Positions 8,230 to 17,444 of a stretch of 26,302 nucleotides of DNA are shown here, one piece after another. The number at the start of each line of letters is the position of its first letter. Within the stretch, counting starts at the first letter, position 1. The position numbers were made by a program, and so were the translations under genes. Under the pieces are notes generated by a model. The model worked only from the letters and a program-made list of their open reading frames with translations. It was not told the origin of the DNA and searched no databases. This stretch comes from Promethearchaeota archaeon. Its GTDB lineage: Archaea > Asgardarchaeota > Lokiarchaeia > Sigyniarchaeales > SOKP01. Location: contig JBHLOI010000042.1 of NCBI GenBank assembly GCA_048940645.1, positions 1 to 26,302 on the forward strand. Reading direction: 5' to 3'.

Positions 8230-8680
8230 TATTAAATTTTTTACTTTTTTTTGTGTTTTTTTCTGTTTTTTGAAATTCAACATTAATTGGAATCCCATTG
8301 ATTAATGTATCTGAGACTACACAGTGTTTCATAAATTTACTTCTACATCTTTCAATTAGCTCAGCTTGAGATAGATTCTTTAACAGATACATAATCTTAA
8401 CATCAACTTGTACTAACTTTAATCTCATTGTTGGAGGTTTATGATGTATCTTTCCATCTACTATAATTTCTAAATTTTCAATTTCTATACCATGTTTTAT
8501 TAAACAAAACATAAATGAACTTCCCAAGCACCCGCCTATTCCTATCAGCAAATATTCAACTGGACTTGGTCCTAAATTTGTTCCATGAAATGATTCAGGT
8601 TCATCTAGATCAATACTCTTGAAATTCCTAGCAGATACTTTAAAATGAAGATCTTTAAGATGATTTAATTTTACTTGCAT
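8210..8680 (-). CDS. OsmC/Ohr-family protein
   Basis: DEPESFHGTNLGPSPVEYLLIGIGGC and second Cys in KHCVVSDTL; overlaps the dnaG 3' end convergently by 20 nt. Confidence 0.85.
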   Translation of the reverse strand: MQVKLNHLKDLHFKVSARNFKSIDLDEPESFHGTNLGPSPVEYLLIGIGGCLGSSFMFCLIKHGIEIENLEIIVDGKIHHKPPTMRLKLVQVDVKIMYLLKNLSQAELIERCRSKFMKHCVVSDTLINGIPINVEFQKTEKNTKKSKKFNIRNNKR

Positions 8681-8771
8681 GATTATTAAGAGAGTTTAAA
8701 AAATATTTGATTTATATAAGTAACTTTTTTTCTTAGTTACAAAAAATCTTAGTTGTAAAAAATTTCTATTA

Positions 8772-9029
8772 TTAAGGGGACCCTATACCTAAAGCATCAT
8801 TTACAATCGTAAAAATTAATTGAATTACGTAAGACACAGCACCTAGAATTACCATTCCAATGGCACATATCTTAAAAACAAGAAAATAATCTTTTCTTCC
8901 AGGTTTATTTGCAATTTTTAATATACGCTTGGTGTTCCGAAAAAAAATTCCAAACCTTTCATATAAACTTGGTTTTTTCTTTTTATCGTATTTTTCGTAT
9001 TTATCATATTTTGGGTATTGTTTTGACAC
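8772..9029 (-). CDS. secE: Protein translocase subunit SecE/Sec61-gamma
   Basis: RILKIANKPGRKDY amphipathic segment followed by a C-terminal TM helix (CAIGMVILGAVSYVIQLIF); follows ftsY as usual in archaea; GTG start. Confidence 0.9.
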   Translation of the reverse strand: MSKQYPKYDKYEKYDKKKKPSLYERFGIFFRNTKRILKIANKPGRKDYFLVFKICAIGMVILGAVSYVIQLIFTIVNDALGIGSP

Positions 9030-9085
9030 AAATAAATTAAAACTAAATATTTAAAAAAGTTAACTAATATCAAGAACTATTTCGC

Positions 9086-9991
9086 TTAGCTTTCATTCAA
9101 CTCAAGAATGTTAGAAATGAAATAATTTTTATCAAAAGGTTTTAAATCATCATAATTTTGTCCTGTTCCTACAAATAGTATTGGCTTTTTTGTTTCGAAA
9201 GAAATTGATAAAGCAGCTCCTCCCTTAGCATCTGCATCAAGTTTGGTTAAAATGTTTGCATCTATTCCAACATTATTTTTAAATTCTTTAGCTTGAATTA
9301 AAGCATCATTACCAGCAAGGCTATCACCAACAAAAACAATTAAATCCGGTTTAGCAATTCTAACAATTTTTTGCAACTCTATTATTAAATTTTTATTACT
9401 AACTTGTCTACCGGCAGTATCAACTAATACTACATCAATATTTTTTGCTGTGGCATGTTGAATTGTATCGTATGCAACACTTGCAGGATCTGAATTATAG
9501 CTATGCTTAATTACTCTTATCCCAACCCTTTCCATATGATAGCTTAATTGCTCTATAGCAGCCGCTCGAAAAGTATCTGAAGCTGCAGCAACAGAACTAA
9601 TATTATTTTTTTTTAAATAATGTGCTATTTTTGCTATAGTAGTTGTTTTCCCTGTTCCATTGACTCCAAGAAAGACCATTATATAAGGTAATTTACTAGC
9701 TTTTTTTTTCTTTATTTCATCTAATAGACTTATTTCTTGATCAGGTGTTAAAATATCAGTAATTACTCCTTTTAAAATTTCAAATAAATACTTCTGTTTT
9801 GATGATAACCTCCCAATTTGTTCACCCCTTAAGGAATCTTTAATATTATTACATAGCACATCAGCAGTTTCAGCCGCAACATCATTACTTATTAGAAGTA
9901 AATTTAATTCATGCAAAGCTTTATCAAGCTTATCATCAGATAACGTTTTTTTTACAAAACTAGAAAATATATCCTTTAATTTTTCGAGCAT
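9086..9991 (-). CDS. ftsY: SRP receptor GTPase FtsY (SR-alpha NG domain)
   Basis: GVNGTGKTTT, DTFRAAAIEQL, DTAGR, TKLDADAKGG, GTGQ. Start moved to ATG 9991, which follows an AGGTGA SD. Confidence 0.95.
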   Translation of the reverse strand: MLEKLKDIFSSFVKKTLSDDKLDKALHELNLLLISNDVAAETADVLCNNIKDSLRGEQIGRLSSKQKYLFEILKGVITDILTPDQEISLLDEIKKKKASKLPYIMVFLGVNGTGKTTTIAKIAHYLKKNNISSVAAASDTFRAAAIEQLSYHMERVGIRVIKHSYNSDPASVAYDTIQHATAKNIDVVLVDTAGRQVSNKNLIIELQKIVRIAKPDLIVFVGDSLAGNDALIQAKEFKNNVGIDANILTKLDADAKGGAALSISFETKKPILFVGTGQNYDDLKPFDKNYFISNILELNES

Positions 9992-10044
9992 AAATAGATT
10001 CACCTGATTTGTTAATAAAAACTTTCTCAATAAAAGTAGGTTTC

Positions 10045-10467
10045 CTAAGTTGGTTTTTCTGAATAACTATTCTGAATTGATTGAGACATTCCTTGAATAG
10101 TCAAATTCAATTTTTGAACAACTTCAGAGATGGATTTTATTTGTTCGTTATGTTCTTGAATTAATTTCTCGATATATTCAATTGATTCATCAATGCTTTT
10201 CTCGATTACAGTATCTTTTCCGATAAATAATAAGAACTTTTCTGTATCTTGAATTGAGGCTTTAACTCCTACTACACCACCAATAGGAATTAAAATTTCA
10301 TCTTCCTCCTTGACTCCATCTTTTAAATTTTTGAGTGTATATTTTGTATTAAGATAATTTCCAAGTGAGGCATTTAATATTTCTAATTGCCCTTGATACA
10401 TATCATATTGTTCCCTAAGAATCCTTAGTTGATATAATTGGTTTTGAAGATTTTGATTTTTTTCCAT
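10045..10467 (-). CDS. pfdA: Prefoldin alpha subunit
   Basis: Coiled coils flanking EILIPIGG...LFIGKDTVIEKSIDESIEYI; conserved position after rpl18a; start set at ATG 10467. Confidence 0.9.
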   Translation of the reverse strand: MEKNQNLQNQLYQLRILREQYDMYQGQLEILNASLGNYLNTKYTLKNLKDGVKEEDEILIPIGGVVGVKASIQDTEKFLLFIGKDTVIEKSIDESIEYIEKLIQEHNEQIKSISEVVQKLNLTIQGMSQSIQNSYSEKPT

Positions 10468-10504
10468 TTTTATTAACCGCAAAAAAATAAATATAAAAGA
10501 TTTA

Positions 10505-10729
10505 TTACGATAATTCACGAATGAGGTAATCTTGAGCTTCTTCTGGAGATATTTCCTTTATCTCTTGAATCTTTATCTGTCTCCTGAGAATACCAATAGA
10601 CGTTATTTGACTTAAGGCTTTTTCTAAGGCGTCTTCTCTTTTTAATGCGCGTTCTTCTTTTCGAAATAAATATTTCTTATGATTCTTGTAATAAGTACCA
10701 ATAATGCGATAAATTTTTATCTCTGACAT
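10505..10729 (-). CDS. rpl18a: 50S ribosomal protein L18Ae/LX (eL20)
   Basis: KIYRIIG...FRKEERALKREDALEK..S..S....RRQIKIQEIKEISPEE; lies between eIF6 and pfdA. Confidence 0.9.
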   Translation of the reverse strand: MSEIKIYRIIGTYYKNHKKYLFRKEERALKREDALEKALSQITSIGILRRQIKIQEIKEISPEEAQDYLIRELS

Positions 10730-10882
10730 GATATTTCAAATCCTTGTATCAGCGAGCTTAAAGTTGATAATATTTTAAAAATATTAAATTTTTCTTTTTA
10801 ATTTTAAACTTCATGAAATTATACTCTTTCAATTAAATAAAAAAGTAGCTGAAAATTTCCAACAATATTTTAATAAATTGCC

Positions 10883-11563
10883 TTAAAGCCCTAAGATATC
10901 TGTCATTCGCATCATTTCGGGTCCAGTGCAAGCTAATCCAAAAATACCACTATTATCGTTCACAATAGCTCCTGAGGAGAGATATGGAATCCCTCTATTA
11001 ACAGTTGATACATCTATTTCATCAATCTTTAAAAATGAAGAAATATACTCTATTTCTTCGTCAGTAGTTAGTGGATGGACAACACAACCACAATTGTTTG
11101 CTAATCCAATAGATCCCGGTAAATAATTTTGCGCAAACTCAAAAATTTCGGTTTCTACATTCAAAATATTCTCAATTTCATGTTTGAAATCCTTTAATAA
11201 AGAACTAATAATAGCTCCCTTATCATTACATAAAATTAAATTTCCATAAGCATTATCTATAGATTTAATTACTCCGATTTGATAATTATTATTAATAGTT
11301 TTAATATAATCGGTCAAAGTATTGAGCTCATCATCTCTTATAATATTTGGTACAATAATTCCATACCTATTACTAGCAACATACACTCCTAAAAGAGTTG
11401 AGTTGTTAATAGATAACGGAAAAAAAGGTTCTTTAAATGTACTTTTTATTTTTTTTATTGCAAAGTTTAATAATGTAGATGGATAGAGACCAAATGAATT
11501 ATTAACAGTAAGATAGACTCCAACAGAGTTTTTTCCATAAAGTTGATACTTGAGAATTGACAT
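10883..11563 (-). CDS. eif6: Translation initiation factor 6 (aIF6/eIF6)
   Basis: VGVY, GNLILCNDKGA, VVHP, STVNRG, TGPEM pentein repeats. Confidence 0.95.
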   Translation of the reverse strand: MSILKYQLYGKNSVGVYLTVNNSFGLYPSTLLNFAIKKIKSTFKEPFFPLSINNSTLLGVYVASNRYGIIVPNIIRDDELNTLTDYIKTINNNYQIGVIKSIDNAYGNLILCNDKGAIISSLLKDFKHEIENILNVETEIFEFAQNYLPGSIGLANNCGCVVHPLTTDEEIEYISSFLKIDEIDVSTVNRGIPYLSSGAIVNDNSGIFGLACTGPEMMRMTDILGL

Positions 11564-11709
11564 TTATAAGAAATAAATAAAATACTGTTTGGTAAAATAA
11601 ACTTACAAACCATAAATATTTTTTCATAGAATTCCTAAAAGGCTTTTGCTTATAATATATTTTTTCTAATAAATAATCTTTATAAATATAGACAATCTAA
11701 TAATTAATC

Positions 11710-13956
11710 ATGATTAATTGGATACTCGCATTTTTTTACTTTCTTGACTCATACGGTATTTTAAGTCTAGAACAAATGTTGACTGTTAATTTGCCGCTAT
11801 TACTAATTTGTCGAGGATTATATATTTCCAGTTATGTTCTTAATTACATTAAAGGTTACAATAATGAACCTCCAAAAAGAGAACAATTATTCAATAAAAA
11901 TGAAAACCTCTATTTCAGTATAAAGCAATTAATTTTAATTTTATTAGGGATGCTATACTTTCCTATTGCCCTATTTATTTCATTTTATTCTCTAATGATG
12001 GCTGGAAATTACTTTAAAGCATTAAGTGAAAAGAAGAATATTACTTCATTAAAAATAACAGGGACTCTTATTAGCATATTAGTACCAATTATGGGTATTA
12101 TCTGGTATACTTTTATCAATCCGAATTATTATGCTTTAGCTGCAATAGGATTAAGTGTCTTTATGATTTTATATTATGGAAAAAAAATTTCATCTCTCTC
12201 TCTTTCTTTATTATTACAGAAATACAAAAATCGAAAGATAAATCAACTTCCAAAAGAATTACAATACGTAGGTCTAATTTTTCTTATTATTCTACCTATA
12301 TTTTTAATTGGAAGTACTGCTATATACCATGTTCCAGATAAAAAAACATATATGGTTCCTATGCGAGATGGAATAGATTTAGCTACAGATGTATATTTTG
12401 CTCCTGGATCTTTTGGTAGGCCAAAACCCGTTATTTTAGTAAGAACTCCATATGGGAAATCAGGGTGGGCAGATGATCTTTACCTCCCTTTTTATTTAAT
12501 TCAAGATTATCATGTAGTTATACAAGATTTAAGAGGAACTCATGATTCTGAAGGAGGGGATAAATCTTTACTTTTTATCGAATCTTATCATGATGGTGTT
12601 GATACTATAAATTGGATACTAGATCAATCATGGTCTAACGGAAGAATAGCCAGTGCAGGAGTTTCAGCACTCTGTATTAATCAATACTTTTATGCTGGAA
12701 TGGACCCTGAAGGACTGATGGCTCAACAACTTTGGTTTGGAACTCCTGAATTATTTGATCACGCTATTTATCAAGGTTCATACCATAAGTCATCAGTTGA
12801 GACATGGGTAAAAAGTACATCACCAAATAACTGGCAGTATCAACTTGAAACTATTTTTAAATACATGCCTAAAGATGAATTAATGTATAATTCCACTTCC
12901 TTATCTAATCTTATCGGACCAAATTACTCTAACATCTCAGTTTATGGAATTCATGTTGGAGGGTGGTATGATCATTTTCTTCAAGGAACTATAGATGGGT
13001 ACATAGGATATGATGATTACGGAAAACCAAGAGCTCAAGGACATCAAAAATTAATTATGGGCCCATGGACACACGGATCAATTTATGGTGGTAAACAGGG
13101 AGAATTAACATATCCAGATAATTCGAATGGTTTTGATTTGATATTAAATTGGGAACACAAAGTGTTTGATGAAGCTTTACTTGATAATCCAACAAGTTGG
13201 GATGGTGCAAGAGTTGCCTATTATTTAATGGGTCCAACAATAGAAACCTCAGATAAGTGGAATTATTGGCGTTATACATATGATTGGCCGCTTGATCACA
13301 TAAACGAGGAATGGTATTTCACAGCAGATGGAGGATTAAGTAATATATCAGCCGGTCTAACTAATAAAAATTTTTCTTACCTATTTGATCCTCGCCATCC
13401 TGTACCAAATCTTGGAGGACAAAACCAACCATTTGATTTAGCAGGACCAATGGACCAACGGAGTATTGAAAGTAGGAGTGATGTATTGTTATTCGAAACA
13501 TCTATTTTAAACGAACCAGTGATAACAGTTGGAAGGATTTGGGGGCATCTATTTGTATCTTCTAACTGTACTGATACAGATTTCACAATAAAGTTAACAG
13601 ATGTATACCCAGATAACCGTTCAATGTTAGTTACTGATGGTTCCTTAACAGTTAGGAGTCGATACAATTATACTAATGATGTTTTTATGTCAGGCAATAA
13701 GCTTGATGTGTATGAATTGATGGTAGATTGCTGGTCAAGTGCTTATTATTTTGCACCAGGACATAGAATACGCATAGCAATTTCAAGTTCAAACTTCCCT
13801 CGTTTTGCTATTAATCCAAATACAGGCGCTCCACTAGCTCAAAGTTATTTAAATTTCAATATTGCTAATAACACATTACTTGTAGGACCTAAATATAATT
13901 CAAGTATTATACTACCGAGATTAGTAAACGTGAGTACTACTCACACAATTTTTTAA
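11710..13956 (+). CDS. Membrane-anchored CocE/NonD-family (peptidase S15) alpha/beta hydrolase
   Basis: About 205 aa hydrophobic multi-TM N-terminus, then MVPMRDGIDLATDVY, RTPY, QDLRG..DSEG, nucleophile GVSAL, GWYD, GPWTH and PepX-like C-domain (GHRIRIAISSSNFPRF). Confidence 0.9.
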   Translation: MINWILAFFYFLDSYGILSLEQMLTVNLPLLLICRGLYISSYVLNYIKGYNNEPPKREQLFNKNENLYFSIKQLILILLGMLYFPIALFISFYSLMMAGNYFKALSEKKNITSLKITGTLISILVPIMGIIWYTFINPNYYALAAIGLSVFMILYYGKKISSLSLSLLLQKYKNRKINQLPKELQYVGLIFLIILPIFLIGSTAIYHVPDKKTYMVPMRDGIDLATDVYFAPGSFGRPKPVILVRTPYGKSGWADDLYLPFYLIQDYHVVIQDLRGTHDSEGGDKSLLFIESYHDGVDTINWILDQSWSNGRIASAGVSALCINQYFYAGMDPEGLMAQQLWFGTPELFDHAIYQGSYHKSSVETWVKSTSPNNWQYQLETIFKYMPKDELMYNSTSLSNLIGPNYSNISVYGIHVGGWYDHFLQGTIDGYIGYDDYGKPRAQGHQKLIMGPWTHGSIYGGKQGELTYPDNSNGFDLILNWEHKVFDEALLDNPTSWDGARVAYYLMGPTIETSDKWNYWRYTYDWPLDHINEEWYFTADGGLSNISAGLTNKNFSYLFDPRHPVPNLGGQNQPFDLAGPMDQRSIESRSDVLLFETSILNEPVITVGRIWGHLFVSSNCTDTDFTIKLTDVYPDNRSMLVTDGSLTVRSRYNYTNDVFMSGNKLDVYELMVDCWSSAYYFAPGHRIRIAISSSNFPRFAINPNTGAPLAQSYLNFNIANNTLLVGPKYNSSIILPRLVNVSTTHTIF

Positions 13957-14010
13957 TTTTTTAAAAACTATAAGAAAAAGCTTTCTAATTAATTTATAAA
14001 TCCAATAAAG

Positions 14011-14472
14011 TTACTTCTGGAGATAAACTACTACTAAACCATCAATATTTTTGGTAGCTCTTACTTTTAACTTTCTTGGAGGTTTTTGAATTCCGCGTGA
14101 CCATATTTGTTCATTGACTTCTTGTGAAATAATTAAAGATTCTGGTTTAAAATGGCGTTCCATAAATTCCTTGAGATATCTCACACTTTTGTTAGCCCAT
14201 TTTGTGCGTGGACCTTTTCTTGCTTTTGCTAAAGGTATTATATATATTCTTTCATCAATAATTTCTTCTTTGGGAGCTTCTTCTTCAATTTCTTCTACCG
14301 CTTCTTCAAAAACTTCACTAACTTCTTCTCCTTCAGCGATTTCGTCTAAGCTAAATTCTTCAATTTCTTCAATATCTTCTTCTAATACGTGATCTATTTC
14401 TTCCAATTCATCTTCTGAGAGTTCCTCTTCTAAATCATCTAAGCTAACTTCTTTACTTTTCTTTTTTGCCAT
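14011..14472 (-). CDS. rpl31e: 50S ribosomal protein L31e with a long acidic N-terminal extension
   Basis: ERIYIIPL...RTKWANKSVRYLKEFMERH...VNEQIWSRGIQKPPRKLKV; residues ~8-73 are strongly Glu/Asp-rich. Confidence 0.93.
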   Translation of the reverse strand: MAKKKSKEVSLDDLEEELSEDELEEIDHVLEEDIEEIEEFSLDEIAEGEEVSEVFEEAVEEIEEEAPKEEIIDERIYIIPLAKARKGPRTKWANKSVRYLKEFMERHFKPESLIISQEVNEQIWSRGIQKPPRKLKVRATKNIDGLVVVYLQK

Positions 14473-14474
14473 TT

Positions 14475-14636
14475 TTAATCTCTCTTTAAACGACTATTTC
14501 GCCATTCTCTTCTAGAATATGGACTATATCTTATACGACCCTTCGTTCTTCTTATTACCCAATTAGGGACAGACCTATTTTGTTTCGAATTTTTAGCCCT
14601 TCTTAATTTCGAGGGTAAGTCTTTATTTCTCGCCAT
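14475..14636 (-). CDS. rpl39e: 50S ribosomal protein L39e (53 aa, below the ORF-track cutoff)
   Basis: Manual translation MARNKDLPSKLRRAKNSKQNRSVPNWVIRRTKGRIRYSPYSRREWRNSRLKRD*; GGTGA SD upstream. Confidence 0.95.
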   Translation of the reverse strand: MARNKDLPSKLRRAKNSKQNRSVPNWVIRRTKGRIRYSPYSRREWRNSRLKRD

Positions 14637-14653
14637 AGTTCTTCACCAAACAT

Positions 14654-14992
14654 TTACTTTTTAATATTGAATTCTTTTTTTCCTCTGGAGGATATTTGTG
14701 TTAATAATTTTTTAAATGCACCATCTGACAATGGAGTAGCTCCCTTTAATCGCCCTGCTTGAAATAATTGAATTAATTGTATTTCTATTTGTTCAGCAAA
14801 TTGGGGTTTTACCATTCTTATATTTTCTAACCTTTGTCTTCCCTCTTGGCTCAAAATTAACCTCATCAATTGATATTTTTTATTTTCAAAATCTTTTTGT
14901 TGTTGTTCTACTAATTGTTGTTGAATTGCTTGTTGCTTTAACTCTTCTAATTTTCTTTTTCTAATGATTTCTAGTTCTTCTTCATCACTCAA
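14654..14992 (-). CDS. PDCD5-family dsDNA-binding protein
   Basis: DEELEIIRKRKLEEL...ILSQEGRQRLENIRMVKPQFAEQIEIQLIQL; conserved position after rps19e; TTG start. Confidence 0.9.
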   Translation of the reverse strand: MSDEEELEIIRKRKLEELKQQAIQQQLVEQQQKDFENKKYQLMRLILSQEGRQRLENIRMVKPQFAEQIEIQLIQLFQAGRLKGATPLSDGAFKKLLTQISSRGKKEFNIKK

Positions 14993-15030
14993 TTAGAATC
15001 CCCAAAGAAAACTGATTATAATTATAATTG

Positions 15031-15450
15031 CTATTTTCTCAAAATACCATGTGCAGTTCTTTCTAAAAGGCTAATTCCTTCGGGCGAGACAATTCTCCCC
15101 GTTTTTTCTTTCTTCATTAGTAAGTTAGCATCCTCTAATTGCTGCAAAGCTACTCTAATAATTTTTCCTGCTCCTCTTCCACTATGATTTAATCCAGAGC
15201 CTTTTCTATTTTTACCTCCATAATGTTTTCTAAGTCTATTAACTCCTATAGGTCCAAACTTTCTTACTTTTCGCAATATTGAAGCACAACGAATATACCA
15301 AAAATTTTCTGAATCTAAAGGGGCTAATTCCTTAAAAAAAGCCGTTTTCCAATATTGACTTCCTTCTGGAGGGTTAATTTCAGGGTATTCCTTTAATTTA
15401 TCTGCGATAGTTTTAATGAGTTTTGCCGGTTCAACGATGTATATAGACAT
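15031..15450 (-). CDS. rps19e: 30S ribosomal protein S19e
   Basis: KELAP...FWYIRCASILRK...PIGVNRLRKHYGG...GKIIRVALQQLE...GR. Confidence 0.95.
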   Translation of the reverse strand: MSIYIVEPAKLIKTIADKLKEYPEINPPEGSQYWKTAFFKELAPLDSENFWYIRCASILRKVRKFGPIGVNRLRKHYGGKNRKGSGLNHSGRGAGKIIRVALQQLEDANLLMKKEKTGRIVSPEGISLLERTAHGILRK

Positions 15451-15547
15451 GCTAATCTTTAATTCAATAGTTCTTTAATATATTATAATAGATGTAAAAA
15501 GATTAAATAAATTAAAAATTTTTTGGTATTTTAAGTATTTTGGGATA

Positions 15548-15838
15548 ATGGATTACCGAGAAGAATATAAAAGAGTATTATTATCAAGACCACATTGTAT
15601 TTTGGGAAAAAATGGTATTACCAATGATTTTATTACGCATGTAGCTAGTTTATTAAAAAGATATAAAATTATTAAAATTAAAGCATTGAGATCAGTAGCA
15701 ACTAAATCAAATATCACAGATTTATCAGAAAAAATTTCAAAATTAACGAATTCAAGTGTTTTAGATTTGCGCGGGAAACAGATTATATTATCGAAATTTC
15801 CGGTTAATAAAAAAGAATTGAAAAGTACTAATAAATGA
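15548..15838 (+). CDS. YhbY/CRM-domain RNA-binding protein
   Basis: PHCILGKNGITNDFI...LLKRYKIIKIK...VLDLRGKQIIL. Confidence 0.85.
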   Translation: MDYREEYKRVLLSRPHCILGKNGITNDFITHVASLLKRYKIIKIKALRSVATKSNITDLSEKISKLTNSSVLDLRGKQIILSKFPVNKKELKSTNK

Positions 15839-15845
15839 ATAAACT

Positions 15846-16178
15846 ATGCCTAAAAAGAAATTTAATAAAGGAATTATTAAACGAATTGCAAAAACAAGGA
15901 TCGACTTTCTATTTATGCGGGCTCATGAAATTTTTCCCAATCAAAAAGATTTAGCGAACCGATATATCTCTTTAGCAAGAAAATATGCTCAAAGGGCAAA
16001 AATTGAGATGCCTCCAATTTGGAAGAAAAGAATATGTCATAAATGTAAGAATTTTCTCTATCCAGGATTAAACTGTAGAGTAAGATTACATTCACTTGGA
16101 AACGCAACTCACGTGTCAATGACATGTTTGGATTGTAACAAAATTACACGCTATTATATTAAAACAAAAAAAATTTAA
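15846..16178 (+). CDS. rnp4: Ribonuclease P protein component 4 (Rpp21)
   Basis: IAKTRIDFLF...LANRYISLARK...KKRICHKC...PG.NCRVR...TCLDC (two CxxC). Confidence 0.92.
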   Translation: MPKKKFNKGIIKRIAKTRIDFLFMRAHEIFPNQKDLANRYISLARKYAQRAKIEMPPIWKKRICHKCKNFLYPGLNCRVRLHSLGNATHVSMTCLDCNKITRYYIKTKKI

Positions 16179-16218
16179 TTAAAAGAATTTAAAATTTACA
16201 TAGATTTATGTTAGGATT

Positions 16219-16893
16219 ATGGCTCTAACCTTAATTATAGTAGAGTGTGGATTAGAACTCATTCCTAAAGAAATTAGAGATCATCCTTCTGTAAAAAAAA
16301 ATATCAGAAGTAAGAATTACTCATCCCACCTTTTAGATAATGCCCTACACCACTCTGCCATGGTAAAATTAAATAATTTCGAAAAAAGAGGACGTCCTGA
16401 TATTCTTCATAATTGTCTACTTAATGCATTAGGCTCTCCACTAAATAAAAATAAGCAACTAAAAATTTATTTTCATACTGTAAATAATCGTATTTTTGAA
16501 TTAAATTCTGAAATAAGAATCACACGAAATTACAACAGATTTAAAGGCCTAATTGCAAAGCTCCTAATAGATGGTGAGATTCGATTCGATAATACCTATT
16601 TAATTAAAGAACTCAAAGAAAGCATCAGAGAATTAATAAAATTAATTAAAAAGAAAGAAGTATTACTGTTTTCGAGAAGAGGAGAGTTAATCGAACATCA
16701 TTTAGATATGTTCCAAAAAGATACTTCTAAAAATTATATTATTATAATAGGTGGTTTCCAAAAAGGCACTTTTTCAAAAAAAATTTTAGAACTTAGTAAT
16801 AGAATTATTTCTATTTCCCAATATTCTTTAGATGCTTGGATTGTTGTGGGTAAAATTATTAGTTTTTATGAAATAATTAACGATATCAAATAA
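16219..16893 (+). CDS. nep1: 16S rRNA pseudouridine N1-methyltransferase Nep1/Emg1
   Basis: LELIP, LLD..HHSAM, KRGRPDILH..LL....SPLNK, RITRNYNRFKGL, IGGFQKG (SPOUT fold). Confidence 0.92.
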   Translation: MALTLIIVECGLELIPKEIRDHPSVKKNIRSKNYSSHLLDNALHHSAMVKLNNFEKRGRPDILHNCLLNALGSPLNKNKQLKIYFHTVNNRIFELNSEIRITRNYNRFKGLIAKLLIDGEIRFDNTYLIKELKESIRELIKLIKKKEVLLFSRRGELIEHHLDMFQKDTSKNYIIIIGGFQKGTFSKKILELSNRIISISQYSLDAWIVVGKIISFYEIINDIK

Positions 16894-16947
16894 AATCCAA
16901 GAAAGCAGTAAAGTTATAAGAAATGTTTTATTTTTGATCATACCAAA

Positions 16948-17018
16948 GCGTCGTTAGTCTAGCGGTAGGATTCTGGCCTTCCAAGCCAGTGACCCGGGTT
17001 CGATCCCCGGACGACGCA
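16948..17018 (+). tRNA. tRNA-Gly(TCC), intronless, CCA not encoded
   Basis: Acceptor GCGTCGT/ACGACGC, anticodon arm CTGGC-CT TCC AA-GCCAG, T arm CCGGG-TTCGATC-CCCGG. Confidence 0.97.
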
Positions 17019-17270
17019 TCCTAATTCTATCTATGTTAAATAAAAATTTAAGGCAAACATTACGTGAAACGATGATTTCACGATATTACCATTCATACTA
17101 ATTAATTATCAAAATGAAATTTTCTTAATAATATCAACTATATAATTAATTCTACTTTTTTCTCGTTTTATTATTAGATCTATTAAAATTATTTCTAATT
17201 TTTAATAAAAAATGGGCATAAATTATTAAAAAAAAAGAAAAGAATTATATATACATATTTGTATGAATGT

Positions 17271-17360
17271 ATTGAAAAAGCGCCCTTAAGAATATATTTT
17301 TCCATTTCCATATTTAAATCACTTCAATAATTATATGAAAAGGGCGTTTTTTCCTTCAAT
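17271..17360. repeat. Imperfect inverted repeat (ATTGAAAAAGCGCCCTT ... AAGGGCGTTTTTTCCTTCAAT) upstream of the radical SAM gene
   Basis: CGCCCTT 17281-17287 is complementary to AAGGGCG 17340-17346, extended by A/T tracts and ATTGAA/TTCAAT. Confidence 0.55.
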
Positions 17361-17444
17361 CATGATTCTTTTTAAAATACTTCGTTTCAATAATCTTAAA
17401 TTATTAATTAAATTACTGAAAATACAAAATTATTACACATAATA

